Source: a virus
Length of the DNA: 64,000 bases
Reading direction: 5' to 3' (one strand)
Virus record (IMG/VR): IMGVR_UViG_3300036791_000399
Coordinates: 1 to 64,000 of that record
Positions 8,296 through 17,862 of the stretch are shown in pieces. Every line of letters begins with the position of its first letter. Position 1 is the stretch's first letter. A program made the translations under genes and the position numbers. Below the pieces are notes generated by a model. The model ran no database searches and was not told where the DNA came from. It saw only the letters and a program-made list of their open reading frames with translations.

Positions 8296-8778
8296 ATGTC
8301 AGGCCTCGTGCAATTCATCGTCAACATCATCGCCCTCTTAGCCGCTGGCGGCATTTTCTTCGTCTCAATCGACAAGGTCGCGCCAGACGCTTTCTTCGCC
8401 CAGATCGCCAAGATCGCGATCGGCGCGCTCCTCCTGATCGCCCTGGTCGTCACTGTCGCCGCGGTGTTCGGGCTCGGCGGCGGCGCGATCGCTGTCTCGC
8501 CGCTCGGCGTCGTCTACTTCGCCGTCGCGGTGATCATCGCCGTCGTCGTCCTGTACGTCATCAACCTGATCGTCGATTGGTTCGGTTCGCAGATGGGCGC
8601 TGTTGCCCCGCTGGTCGGCTCGATTAAGTACATTCTCGGCGCGATCGTGCTGATCGGCCTTCTCATCGCGGCGGCGGACCTCTTGTTCGGAGTGCGCTTC
8701 GGCTCCTTTCCCGCAGGCGTCAAAACCGGAGCTTTGCCGACAAGAGAACAACTACTGCCACCCCGACGGGTGGCGTGA
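8296..8778 (+). CDS. Four-helix membrane protein with internal duplication (possible holin-like)
   Basis: Two similar helix pairs (FIVNIIALL..IAKIAIGALLLIAL and FAVAVIIAVVVLYVI..IKYILGAIVLIGLL). Confidence 0.7.
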   Translation: MSGLVQFIVNIIALLAAGGIFFVSIDKVAPDAFFAQIAKIAIGALLLIALVVTVAAVFGLGGGAIAVSPLGVVYFAVAVIIAVVVLYVINLIVDWFGSQMGAVAPLVGSIKYILGAIVLIGLLIAAADLLFGVRFGSFPAGVKTGALPTREQLLPPRRVA

Positions 8779-8803
8779 TCCAAACATCAACGGAGGCAAT
8801 TAA

Positions 8804-9121
8804 ATGGTTGAAGCAAAGATCCAGCCGCTGACGGTGGCGCAAGCCCAGTCGGTGCTCTCGCGCGCCGCGCGCAATGTCGGCCGGGTCTATGGCGTCGGCT
8901 TGAGTGTCGGTCAGCAGGGCAACGAGCTTATTTTTGTCGATGACCTGGGCGACCCGGCGGTCGACGGCTTCGCCAACGACGGCGATCCGGCGATCGTCTG
9001 CGCCACTCAGCAGGAGATCGAGGACGGCTCGTTTCTCAGGCTGTTCGCCGCGCGCTCGCTTTACGCCGCCCTGGCGCTCAAGGTCATGGAGATTGTCGAA
9101 ACCGAGCCGCTGAAGCCGTGA
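8804..9121 (+). CDS. Hypothetical protein
   Basis: RBS GGAGG. Confidence 0.65.
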   Translation: MVEAKIQPLTVAQAQSVLSRAARNVGRVYGVGLSVGQQGNELIFVDDLGDPAVDGFANDGDPAIVCATQQEIEDGSFLRLFAARSLYAALALKVMEIVETEPLKP

Positions 9122-9492
9122 GGAAGCGGTCCAGGCGATATCTGACCGATGTTCCGGATCTGGAATGGTGCGGTCAGTACATCCTCGGCGGCGAGGACGG
9201 GCACACGCCCGTCCCCTGCTATTCGCTACACGAGTGGGGTAAATGGATTGAGGAGACGGATCATCGCGTCGTCGCCCAGACTGGGAACGACGACTGGCGT
9301 GTTTCGACTGTTTTTCTCGGCCTTGACCATCGGCACTGGGGCAACGGTCCACCGATCCTGTTTGAAACGATGGTGTTCCGCCACGGCAAGAGCGCCGACG
9401 AGATGGAACGCTACTCGTCCTGGGATGACGCGGAGACTGGCCACAAGGCGATGGTGCGCAAGGTGTTCGGAAAGGCTGTGGTGGCCAAATGA
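9118..9492 (+). CDS. Conserved phage hypothetical protein
   Basis: VSTVFLGLDH..LFETMVF..RYSSWDDAETGH pattern familiar from phage small proteins. Confidence 0.7.
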   Translation: MRKRSRRYLTDVPDLEWCGQYILGGEDGHTPVPCYSLHEWGKWIEETDHRVVAQTGNDDWRVSTVFLGLDHRHWGNGPPILFETMVFRHGKSADEMERYSSWDDAETGHKAMVRKVFGKAVVAK

Positions 9493-9755
9493 CCCACCTG
9501 ATGAACATGAGCTTGAGCGTCCAGGGCTGGTCGGTCGAGGCCGAGCTTCTCGACGACGTCCGCATCGAGATCCATCATTCCGAGCAGTTCGGCGATACGC
9601 TGCGGATCAAGCTCATGTTCAAAAGCGGGCGCGAATCGCTGCTGGAGGGTGAACTGAGGGACGGCGCCGGTCACCCCTTCTACGACGCTCTGATGAGGGA
9701 GATCACCGCCCCGTCGAAGACGGTGATCGAGCACGAGGAGTTGCCTGATGATTGA
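9489..9755 (+). CDS. Hypothetical protein
   Basis: ATGA coupling. Confidence 0.6.
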   Translation: MTHLMNMSLSVQGWSVEAELLDDVRIEIHHSEQFGDTLRIKLMFKSGRESLLEGELRDGAGHPFYDALMREITAPSKTVIEHEELPDD

Positions 9756-10059
9756 GATCGGACGGCGCGGGTTCTTCACCGGGCTCATCGCGCTCGTCGC
9801 TGCGCCGGCCGTGATCCGCGTCGCGCCGCTGATGCCGATCTCGACCCGCCATATCCCGCTCTATGTGCCGGTTAGCTGGCTCGACAACACTCTCCTCGAC
9901 GTTCCGCGCCGGTTTTCCGACCTCAAGCTCCACGCGTGGCCGCAGCCGCAGGGCGCCGCCTGGGTCAACATCAACGACTATGATCCCGGCTTCGTTAAGG
10001 TCTGGGCCGCGAGGCTGAGAGAGGAAGCCGAGAGAACGAGGTGGAGAGGCTATGCCTAA
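9748..10059 (+). CDS. Protein with twin-arginine-like N-terminus
   Basis: IGRRGFFTGLIALVAAPA. Confidence 0.6.
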   Translation: MIEIGRRGFFTGLIALVAAPAVIRVAPLMPISTRHIPLYVPVSWLDNTLLDVPRRFSDLKLHAWPQPQGAAWVNINDYDPGFVKVWAARLREEAERTRWRGYA

Positions 10060-10285
10060 GATTTTGGAAGACGCGGTCAAAGCGATCAAGAAATCTAGCC
10101 CTGGCGTGAATCCGTGGGCTGTCGGAACGGCTAGCCTCCAACGCGCGGGTGAACTCAAAGCCGGAACTAACCAACCGACCAAGCTCGGCGTGAAGCGTGG
10201 CAAGATGAGTCGCAAAGAGCGTCACGCACATCCGCTAGCGACGGGAGGGGCGGTTAAGCCGTCGCTCGGCCGAGCGGGGCGCTAA
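10052..10285 (+). CDS. Small basic protein ending in ATGG motif
   Basis: MPKILEDAVKAIK...HPLATGGAVKPSLGRAGR. Confidence 0.7.
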   Translation: MPKILEDAVKAIKKSSPGVNPWAVGTASLQRAGELKAGTNQPTKLGVKRGKMSRKERHAHPLATGGAVKPSLGRAGR

Positions 10286-10503
10286 GCGCCAGGACCGTTG
10301 ATCCGCCGAAGGATGTCGGTGCATTCGTCGATCACATTGATCAGTTTGCCGTCGACGGTTTGGATCGAGCAGTGGACGTCGGAGTGCAGAAGGTCGCTCT
10401 GCGGCTTGCGGATTGACACGATCTCTCGCGGGTTGACGTAAATGTCCTGCCCGTCCAGGCTGTGAACCAAGATCAGTATCACGGCGGCGACAAGCAGCTT
10501 CAT
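10282..10503 (-). CDS. FlbD-like small protein with hydrophobic N-terminus
   Basis: LHS/DGQDIYVNPREIVSIR..IQTVDGKLINVIDECTDILRRI resembles the FlbD family pattern. Confidence 0.55.
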   Translation of the reverse strand: MKLLVAAVILILVHSLDGQDIYVNPREIVSIRKPQSDLLHSDVHCSIQTVDGKLINVIDECTDILRRINGPGA

Positions 10504-10621
10504 GGCGCGCACCGCCGCCTGGACCCCTCCGCTCGGTAGATTAGCAGATCTTTGTCACGCGCGCTGGAGTGGGATAGAACTTTTCGCGAGGTGAGAGGGG
10601 AGGTGCTGGAGATCTCATCCC

Positions 10622-10972
10622 ATGGCCACGACGCCAACGACACCCCAGAAGCCTGCCGACCCGCACCCGGCCGGTAAACCTGCCGACAATGCGACTAAGC
10701 CCGAGCCGCCGAAGCCGCTGAAGGTTGAAGACGCCGCCGAGCTATTCAGGAGCGGCAGTCGGCTCGCCAAAATGGGCGATCCGCCGGAGAAATGGTTCTC
10801 GATGGGCCGCACCCCGGACGGAACCGCTGTCCTTCAGGAGCCGCTGAGCGACGCGAAGCTTGAGGAGGTCAAGAAGGGTTCGTACTACTTGGTCGAGGAT
10901 CAGGGCTCCTATCATATTCCGCCCCCGGCCCCGCCTCCAGCCTCAGAGCCAGCCCCAGCCAAAGGGACTTAA
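10622..10972 (+). CDS. Pro-rich hypothetical protein preceding portal
   Basis: RBS-like upstream; stop 3 nt before portal start. Confidence 0.7.
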   Translation: MATTPTTPQKPADPHPAGKPADNATKPEPPKPLKVEDAAELFRSGSRLAKMGDPPEKWFSMGRTPDGTAVLQEPLSDAKLEEVKKGSYYLVEDQGSYHIPPPAPPPASEPAPAKGT

Positions 10973-10975
10973 TCC

Positions 10976-13642
10976 ATGCCTGCAGGCCTTGGGGCCATCC
11001 GTCTGCCGGCGTCACCGGTCGACGGAATGGACGATATGGCGACGCCGCCATTCGGCGGCCGCCAGGGCACCGTCGTCATCGACCTGGGGGACGACGAGCC
11101 CGACATCCCCGAGGTCGATACCGACAAGGGCGTCGAGATCGAGGGCGGCGGCGTCATCGTCCGAATCGGGCCTGCGCTCGCCGACAGGAAGAACCTAAAG
11201 TTCAACGACAACCTCGCCGAGGCGATCCCGCGCAATGTTCTTGGCGGGATCGCCGACGAACTGCTGCAGCGCATCGAAGAGGACAATAACTCGCGCCGCG
11301 AATGGCTCGACACCCGAGCGCGCGGCATCGAGATCCTGGGCCTGAAGATCGAGGCTATGCGATCGAGCGGGCCCGATGGCTCAGCGCCCCTGGAGGGCCA
11401 GTCGCAGATCCGCGCCAGCCTCTTGTGTGAGGCGGTCGTACGATTTGGGGCGAACGCCTTTTCCGAGCTTTGCCCGACCGACGGGCCGGCGAAGGTCACC
11501 GAGGACACCGCAGCCTCGACCGCCGATCTCGACGACCTCGCCGACGCTCTGGAGAAGGTGCTCAACCATTACCTGACGACGATCGACAAGCCCTGGGTGC
11601 CAGACACCGACGCGATGCTGTTGCGGGTCGGCGTCGATGGTTGCGTGTTCAAGAAGGTCTATCACGATCCCATTCTCCGCAGACCGATCTCGCGCGCCGT
11701 GTTCGGCGAAGACGTGATCATCAACAATTCCGCGACCTCGATCTATGACGCCAAGCGCATCACGCACCGGGTGATGATGGCGCCGTCGACCCTGCGCCGG
11801 ATGCAATTGGTCGGCGCCTATCGCGACGTGCCGCTCGGCGATCCTGGCTGGAAGCAGAAGGACGCGCCCGAGATTCAGTCGGAGCAGATCGGCGGCGTAC
11901 GCAGGAACGAGAGCTACGAGCGCGACGATCGCGATCACGAGATCTTCGAATGCTACTGCGAACTCGACCTGGAGGGTTTCGAGCACGAGACAGCCGGCGA
12001 ACCGGACGGTCTTGCCGTGCCTTTCAAGGTGGCGATCGATCGTGAATCGAAGGAGGTGTTGGAGATCCGGAGGAATTGGAACGAAGAAGATGACATGTGT
12101 TTGCCAAAGACGTTCTTCGTCCAGTTTCCATTCATTCGAGGCTTTGGAATTTATGCTATTGGCCTCTCGCATCTCTTGGGCAATATTACAAACGGCATCA
12201 CTGCTGCTTGGCGAGAGTTCATCGATGCCGGGATGTTCGCGAACTTTCCTGGCCTATTGGCTGCAAAGGGGGCTGGGCGGCAAGACAATTCTGTAATCAG
12301 GATCCCTCCTGGCGGCGTTAAGGAGATTGAGACCGGCGGCTTGCCGATACAGCAAGTCGTGATGGGAATGCCCTACAAATCCCCCGACGCCACCTTCGTT
12401 CAGTTCATTCAGCAGCTAAACTCAGAGGGCCAGCGCCTCGGCGGCACCGCCGACGTGATGGTGGGCGAGGGCCGTCAGGACGCGCCAGTCGGGACGACCC
12501 TCGCTCTCATCGAGCAGGCGATCAAACCGCTCCTCGCCACTCACAAACGATTGTGCGCCGCGCAATCGGATGAGCTTCAGCTTCTTGTCGAGCGGTTCCG
12601 CGAGGATCCCCAGGCGCTCTTCCGGCATCAGCGGCCGAGCGCCAACGGGTTTTCCTGGGACGAGCAACTGGTTCTCAAGGCGCTGAACACCTACCAGATC
12701 GTCACGCGCGCGGATCCGAACACCGCCTCGCACCTGCAGCGCATGTTGCGCAACGCCGCGCTCTACATGATGGCGAAGGACGACCCTGCCGCCTTCAATC
12801 TGATGACGGTGCGGCAGGTTTGCATCCGGGGCATCGGGTTCGCGAATCCGGCGCAGTTCATCAATCAGAACCCGCAGCCGCCGCCCCCGGATCCGAAGGC
12901 GATCGCCGCGCAGACGACTGCCCAGGCGGCGCTTCTCGACGCCCAGGCGAAGATGGGGCAACTGCAACTCGACGCGAAGAACGCGCCGATGGAGGCGCAG
13001 GCGCGGCAGATGGACGCGAGCGCCAAGATCCAGGCGGCTCACGCCGGGGTGCAGAAGCAGCAGCTAGCCACGCAGACCGCCGGGATGCAGGCGCGTAACG
13101 AGCAAATGAAGCCGGCGATGGAGCAGGCTGGGCGCCAGCACGAGGCGGAGCAGAACCAAGCCGATCGGCAGACCGACATCCTCAAGGAGCAGTTGAAACA
13201 CGCGCACGAGATGCGGCTCGCGGGGATGGAGCAGCAAGGCGACATGCAGAAGGCCGGCATGGAGCAGCAGGGCCGTTTGGCCGAAGTCGGAGCTAAACAC
13301 CAGACTGAAGTTGCTAAAGCCGGGATGCAGCATCAGGCGTCGATGGAGGAGGCGCATCTGCAGCATCAATCCGCCATGGCCCAGGGCGCGCAGGCGCATC
13401 AGACCGAAATGGCGAAGGGGCAGCAGCAGCAGGCCACAGCCATGGCCACAGGCGCGCAGCAGCACGAGGGCAAGCTCGCCGAGATCAAGGCTCAGCCTAA
13501 GCCCGCGGCCGCGGCGCCGAAGCGGGCGACCGGCGGCCGGGTGACGACGCCGTTCGGCGAGGCGCGGCAGGCGCCTGACGGGCACCACTACGTCAAGCAC
13601 CCGATTTCTGGGCAGTACTTCCGGGTGAAGAGGGGCGAATAA
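10976..13642 (+). CDS. Portal protein with long C-terminal extension
   Basis: FNDNLAE..SRREW, FKKVYHD, GFGIYAIGLSHLLGN, DAGMFAN, APVGTTLALIEQ; position after terminase. Confidence 0.9.
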   Translation: MPAGLGAIRLPASPVDGMDDMATPPFGGRQGTVVIDLGDDEPDIPEVDTDKGVEIEGGGVIVRIGPALADRKNLKFNDNLAEAIPRNVLGGIADELLQRIEEDNNSRREWLDTRARGIEILGLKIEAMRSSGPDGSAPLEGQSQIRASLLCEAVVRFGANAFSELCPTDGPAKVTEDTAASTADLDDLADALEKVLNHYLTTIDKPWVPDTDAMLLRVGVDGCVFKKVYHDPILRRPISRAVFGEDVIINNSATSIYDAKRITHRVMMAPSTLRRMQLVGAYRDVPLGDPGWKQKDAPEIQSEQIGGVRRNESYERDDRDHEIFECYCELDLEGFEHETAGEPDGLAVPFKVAIDRESKEVLEIRRNWNEEDDMCLPKTFFVQFPFIRGFGIYAIGLSHLLGNITNGITAAWREFIDAGMFANFPGLLAAKGAGRQDNSVIRIPPGGVKEIETGGLPIQQVVMGMPYKSPDATFVQFIQQLNSEGQRLGGTADVMVGEGRQDAPVGTTLALIEQAIKPLLATHKRLCAAQSDELQLLVERFREDPQALFRHQRPSANGFSWDEQLVLKALNTYQIVTRADPNTASHLQRMLRNAALYMMAKDDPAAFNLMTVRQVCIRGIGFANPAQFINQNPQPPPPDPKAIAAQTTAQAALLDAQAKMGQLQLDAKNAPMEAQARQMDASAKIQAAHAGVQKQQLATQTAGMQARNEQMKPAMEQAGRQHEAEQNQADRQTDILKEQLKHAHEMRLAGMEQQGDMQKAGMEQQGRLAEVGAKHQTEVAKAGMQHQASMEEAHLQHQSAMAQGAQAHQTEMAKGQQQQATAMATGAQQHEGKLAEIKAQPKPAAAAPKRATGGRVTTPFGEARQAPDGHHYVKHPISGQYFRVKRGE

Positions 13643-16600
13643 TGCCCGTCCAGGATTTCGGCGACACTGACGGTTGGACCGCCGAGCCGGTCGATCATGA
13701 TCCGTTCTCTTCTGAAACGAACCCGTTCGTTGCAGGGAATGTAGGGAACGAATCGGGACCGTTTCGGAAAACCGGATTTGCTGGCCACATTGCGGCGACC
13801 TCGGACGCCAGCCATCCGCTCACGGCGCGCTCGCTGCCGTTCGCCGCCAGCCAGCCGCAGGAATCCGTTTCATCGTACGATCCATCCTGGGCCGAGCAGA
13901 TCGAGTCCGGGGTGGGTGACACCGCTGAGAGCGCGGGGATCCCCAGGGTAGGCGCGCAACGGCTCGGGTCGACGGCGCGCACTGCGGCCGAATTTACGCC
14001 GTTCGTCGGCAACGTCCTGGCGGGCAATGAGGCTTATCGCGCTCAGCAGCGTGGCGATCCCTTTGGCGCAGTGCTGCATGGCGCGATGGCGGTGCCGATC
14101 CCTGGCGCGTCAACTGAGGAAGGCGCGGCGCGTCGTTTGACGCCGCTCGGGTTCTATTCGCATGGCGCCGATGTCGCGGCGAACCTGCCGCAGGCGAAGG
14201 GAACGGCCGAGCAAATGCTCTCCCAACTGGGCAAGCGCGGCGTCAAGCCAGAGGAAATGACACGAGCCGGGGTCACCGAAGACAATCTTGCCCTGCCCTT
14301 ATTCGCCAAGCAGCCGATCACCAGAGAGGAACTGGCCGAGCGCTTCGATCAAGCCATGCCAAAGCTTCAGGAGACGGGCTACGGCCAGCAATACTATCGG
14401 AACGACGAGTATGGCGGCGGGACTAAATACGATCAGTACACGCTCCCTGGCGGCCAGAATTATCGCGAGTTGCTGCTGCATCTGCCGGAGGGGCAGGAAA
14501 CGACGCCTCGCCAGGGCTACGCCATTTTCCACGCTAGCAATGACGACCGGACCCCGGAAAGTCCTGTATTTGCCACCGAAGCAGAAGCGCGGCGCGAGCT
14601 TGAACGATATCCGCCCAGCCTCGCCTATGAGGTTAGAGATGCGCCGTTTAAGGGAGAGGGCGAGGGGGCAGGCGATTACCAAAGCTCCCATTGGGACGTC
14701 CCCAATGTCGTCGCTCACTTGCGGATGTCAGATCGGAAAGGCACAGGTGGCGAAAACCTACTGCACCTTGAAGAACTGCAAAGCGATTGGGGGCAGGAGG
14801 CGCGAAAGGAAGCGGAGGTGAATAGGGTCGCCCCTGGCCCAAGCGATACCGGCGTCCCTAACGCTCCCTTCATTGGCTCGACTCAAGGCTGGACGGATCT
14901 CGGTCTGAAGCGGGCGCTGATTGAGGCTGCGCGCGGCAATTACGATGGCTTGATTTGGACTTCGGGCGCCGATCAGGCGGCGCGCTATGACCTCTCCAAA
15001 CAGATCAGCGATTTGTCGTACAGCCCTGACTTCGGTTCTTTGCAGGGGCGCACCACGCGGGGTTATCGAGGCATCAACGAATCCAACATTCCGCCCGAGA
15101 AGCTGGCGGACTACGTCGGCGCCGAGACTGCGAAGAAGCTGCTGGGTACGCCGCTTGGCCCGCATTGGAATGCTGGGGGCGGGGCTACATTCGAGGACGG
15201 CTGGCACACGCTCTCCGGCCTCGATCTCCAGACTGGCGGCGAGGGAATGAAGGGCTACTACGACCGCCTTCTTCCGAATCGGCTCGCAACGCTGACCAAA
15301 AAGCTCGACCCCGACGCTAAGGTCGGCACGACGCGGGTTCCAGGCTTCCTGGATTTGACCCCCTTTCGTGAAGGAGGCGGCCAATATTCGGTTCAGAACC
15401 GCGCAGGCGACTTCACCGATGCGGGACCGCGCTTCAACAGCAAGGCCGAGGCGCTTGACGAGATCGCGCGGCGCAAAGCCGCCGATCCTGGCAAGGAGTT
15501 CCAGCATCTCCCGATCACGCCGCTGATGCGTGAGAAGATCCTCAAGGGCCTGCCGCAGTACAAACGGGGAGGGAGAATCGCGATGGCTGACGGCGGCGCA
15601 TCTGACTACGTGCCAACCGGTTCCGTCACTTTCGCTCATGGCTCCCTGGAGCCGGTCGACGGGGATCCTTTCCCCCCTGCGCCTCAAGTCCTGGACAGCG
15701 ACATCAATCGCGCCAAGGGCTTTCCGGAGCCGCGCTCGCCGATGCACGATCGCATCGCCGCCGCCTCCCAGGACGATCATGGCGACGCGCCAGCCACGGG
15801 CGTCATCTCGCCCGAAGCCATGTATCAGCAAACCCCGCACTCGACGGAAACGCTGGCGCACTACGCCGGCAACCCGGAGCACGCGATGCCGCTGCGGATC
15901 GGCGCCGCGGTGGGCGAAGAGGGCAAGCGCATGGGCCAAGCGCTGTGGAGCGCCGCTACGGCTCCTGGGGACGTGCTCACCGGCAAGGCGAGCATGGCGG
16001 ATCCGGAGACGCAAAATCGGGTCATAGGGCTGGCTGCGTCGTTGCCTGGAGGAGGTCCGGAGGCGGCGCTCGGCGCTCGCGGGCCGGTCGGCGCTGCTGC
16101 CAAAGCCGCAAAGCGCGCCCCAGCGGAGCGCGAGCTTAACACCTGGAACGCAGAGACTGGCCAATGGGAGGGCCCAAAACCAAAGATGAACCCGCCGGAG
16201 GGCGTGACTTACCCGCCGCTGTTCAACCTCGACCCAGAGGTGATGAACAAGGTGCCGGATGTCCCCCAGTTCGACTTGCCGCGCTATGACCCGCCGCGCG
16301 GCGTCTCGGAGCGGATGCGCGACTTGGTGACCAATCCGGATGTCCGGAAGCAAATGATCCAGTTGGTCCGCAACGGGATGCAGACCGTTGGGCTGAGTTG
16401 GTACAATACTGGCCAGCTACGCGCCATGTTCTTGAAGGAACTGGGTGACACTGAGGGGCAGCAGGCTTTTGAGAAGTACATGAATCTCGTGTCAGCCACG
16501 AGTCCTGAGAACAAGATCCCGCAGAACATCAGAACAGCTAGCCATTTCTATGAGAGAGACGCGCAAGGCGTGCCGCCGCCGGAACGAGGCGATCCAATTG

Positions 16601-17298
16601 CGCAGCCCTACGGCTCTAAGGCGCAGAAGCTTCACCAGCAAAACGTGAAGAACGTCCTAACCGAAGGCTATGACGTCCTGCAAAATCCGAAGCCGCCGTC
16701 TTTCGTTCAGAACCTGATGGGTAATTACGCCCCTGGCACGATGGACCGGCACGCCTTCAAGCTCCCGGCGATGCTGTCTCGTGATCCGCGCTTCCTGGAG
16801 ACGTCGTTCACGCCGGAGAAAGGCGCGGCGCCGGTGCGCCCCCAAGAGATGTATCGAAACGGGAAGCTGACGATTGACGATGCGGTCAATCAGCCGACCA
16901 TGTGGGCGGGTATGCCGAACAAGAACGAATATGCCGCGCTTGAGGGCTACTACAAATCGATCGCCGATGAACTCGGGATCACGCCAGCCCAGGTGCAGGC
17001 GTCGGCCTGGGTGGGCGGCGGACACGTCACGGGGCTGGCCTCAGCCGCTGACGAGACGTTCCTGCATTCTTTCCAGGGGAGAGTCTTCAACACTGCGCAC
17101 CATACCGGGCAGACGCCCGCGGAAGTGGTCAGGAAGATGATTCGCGGCGAGCAGCCTTTGTTGGCGGGCGGGCCGGGAATGGCACCAGTTCTCCCGCAGG
17201 GTCAGGCTCGGAAAGAAGCTCAAACTTCGACGGCTGGGGCGGGAGCTTTGCCTCCGCAACCATCTGATCAAGAACTTCGCGAACACCCGTTTTATTGA
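13642..17298 (+). CDS. Large two-module (polyvalent-type) virion cargo protein
   Basis: Module 1 with YTLPGG..NYRELL, SHW, EELQSDW; module 2 with WY..SATSP..PK..SF..N..MDRH..QASAW; both start with EPVDxDPF. Confidence 0.75.
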   Translation: MPVQDFGDTDGWTAEPVDHDPFSSETNPFVAGNVGNESGPFRKTGFAGHIAATSDASHPLTARSLPFAASQPQESVSSYDPSWAEQIESGVGDTAESAGIPRVGAQRLGSTARTAAEFTPFVGNVLAGNEAYRAQQRGDPFGAVLHGAMAVPIPGASTEEGAARRLTPLGFYSHGADVAANLPQAKGTAEQMLSQLGKRGVKPEEMTRAGVTEDNLALPLFAKQPITREELAERFDQAMPKLQETGYGQQYYRNDEYGGGTKYDQYTLPGGQNYRELLLHLPEGQETTPRQGYAIFHASNDDRTPESPVFATEAEARRELERYPPSLAYEVRDAPFKGEGEGAGDYQSSHWDVPNVVAHLRMSDRKGTGGENLLHLEELQSDWGQEARKEAEVNRVAPGPSDTGVPNAPFIGSTQGWTDLGLKRALIEAARGNYDGLIWTSGADQAARYDLSKQISDLSYSPDFGSLQGRTTRGYRGINESNIPPEKLADYVGAETAKKLLGTPLGPHWNAGGGATFEDGWHTLSGLDLQTGGEGMKGYYDRLLPNRLATLTKKLDPDAKVGTTRVPGFLDLTPFREGGGQYSVQNRAGDFTDAGPRFNSKAEALDEIARRKAADPGKEFQHLPITPLMREKILKGLPQYKRGGRIAMADGGASDYVPTGSVTFAHGSLEPVDGDPFPPAPQVLDSDINRAKGFPEPRSPMHDRIAAASQDDHGDAPATGVISPEAMYQQTPHSTETLAHYAGNPEHAMPLRIGAAVGEEGKRMGQALWSAATAPGDVLTGKASMADPETQNRVIGLAASLPGGGPEAALGARGPVGAAAKAAKRAPAERELNTWNAETGQWEGPKPKMNPPEGVTYPPLFNLDPEVMNKVPDVPQFDLPRYDPPRGVSERMRDLVTNPDVRKQMIQLVRNGMQTVGLSWYNTGQLRAMFLKELGDTEGQQAFEKYMNLVSATSPENKIPQNIRTASHFYERDAQGVPPPERGDPIAQPYGSKAQKLHQQNVKNVLTEGYDVLQNPKPPSFVQNLMGNYAPGTMDRHAFKLPAMLSRDPRFLETSFTPEKGAAPVRPQEMYRNGKLTIDDAVNQPTMWAGMPNKNEYAALEGYYKSIADELGITPAQVQASAWVGGGHVTGLASAADETFLHSFQGRVFNTAHHTGQTPAEVVRKMIRGEQPLLAGGPGMAPVLPQGQARKEAQTSTAGAGALPPQPSDQELREHPFY

Positions 17299-17407
17299 GA
17301 AACTCCTTGAGCGGGAGGCGCTCGATCACCGTCGGGCCCTCCTCTTCGAAGACTTCCAGTTCCCAGCGGTTATTCCGCCAAAGCGGCCAAGCTGTGTAGC
17401 GCATCAC
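17129..17407 (-). CDS. Small protein overlapping the 3' end of the cargo gene in antisense
   Basis: GTGA coupling with 17404..17745. Confidence 0.5.
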   Translation of the reverse strand: MMRYTAWPLWRNNRWELEVFEEEGPTVIERLPLKEFLNKTGVREVLDQMVAEAKLPPQPSKFELLSEPDPAGELVPFPARPPTKAARRESSS

Positions 17408-17745
17408 TGGTCACCTGCCGTAGTGTGAAGAAGCTCCATCAACTTGTTGATCTCGATCTTATGCGCCGCGACCGCCCGATCATGGTCGAGACTATCCTGA
17501 ATCTGCTCCGGGGTCCGCTGATCCGCTTCCGCGGGCGTGACAGGCTCGACCGTGGGCTCGACTGGCTCGACCGCCGGCAGGGGGATTGAATCTGGCGGGA
17601 TCTTCGTAATCTCGACGTAATAGGCTTTTGACGTGCGGGCGTGGATCCCGCCGCAGTGCTGCGGCCATGGGTATGACCAAACGCTGTAGCAGTGGGCGTG
17701 CGCGGGTTGAGCGATGAGCAGTGCGGCGATAGCGAGTTTGTACAT
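17404..17745 (-). CDS. Secreted small protein
   Basis: RBS AGGAGG; signal peptide MYKLAIAALLIAQPAHA; HCYSVWSYPWPQHC. Confidence 0.7.
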   Translation of the reverse strand: MYKLAIAALLIAQPAHAHCYSVWSYPWPQHCGGIHARTSKAYYVEITKIPPDSIPLPAVEPVEPTVEPVTPAEADQRTPEQIQDSLDHDRAVAAHKIEINKLMELLHTTAGDQ

Positions 17746-17760
17746 AGTGCCTCCTGTTGA

Positions 17761-17797
17761 TGTCGCTATTTCTGCTACAAGCGAGGCACATTGTCAA
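17761..17797 (-). promoter_or_regulatory. Leftward promoter with operator
   Basis: TTGACA on minus strand (17797-17792); TGTCGC-N7-GCTACA (17761-17779). Confidence 0.55.
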
Positions 17798-17862
17798 CCG
17801 GGCGGTTTGTGCTAAAAACAGCGACTGAGGCAGTTGTGGGATCGATGACGGGAGGGCTCCCC

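Noticed and set aside
14758-16353. Long antisense ORFs (e.g. 14758..16353, 39689..41032, 23840..24964, 57623..58687)
   Set aside because: Shadow frames of high-GC coding genes, Arg/Pro-rich with no motifs
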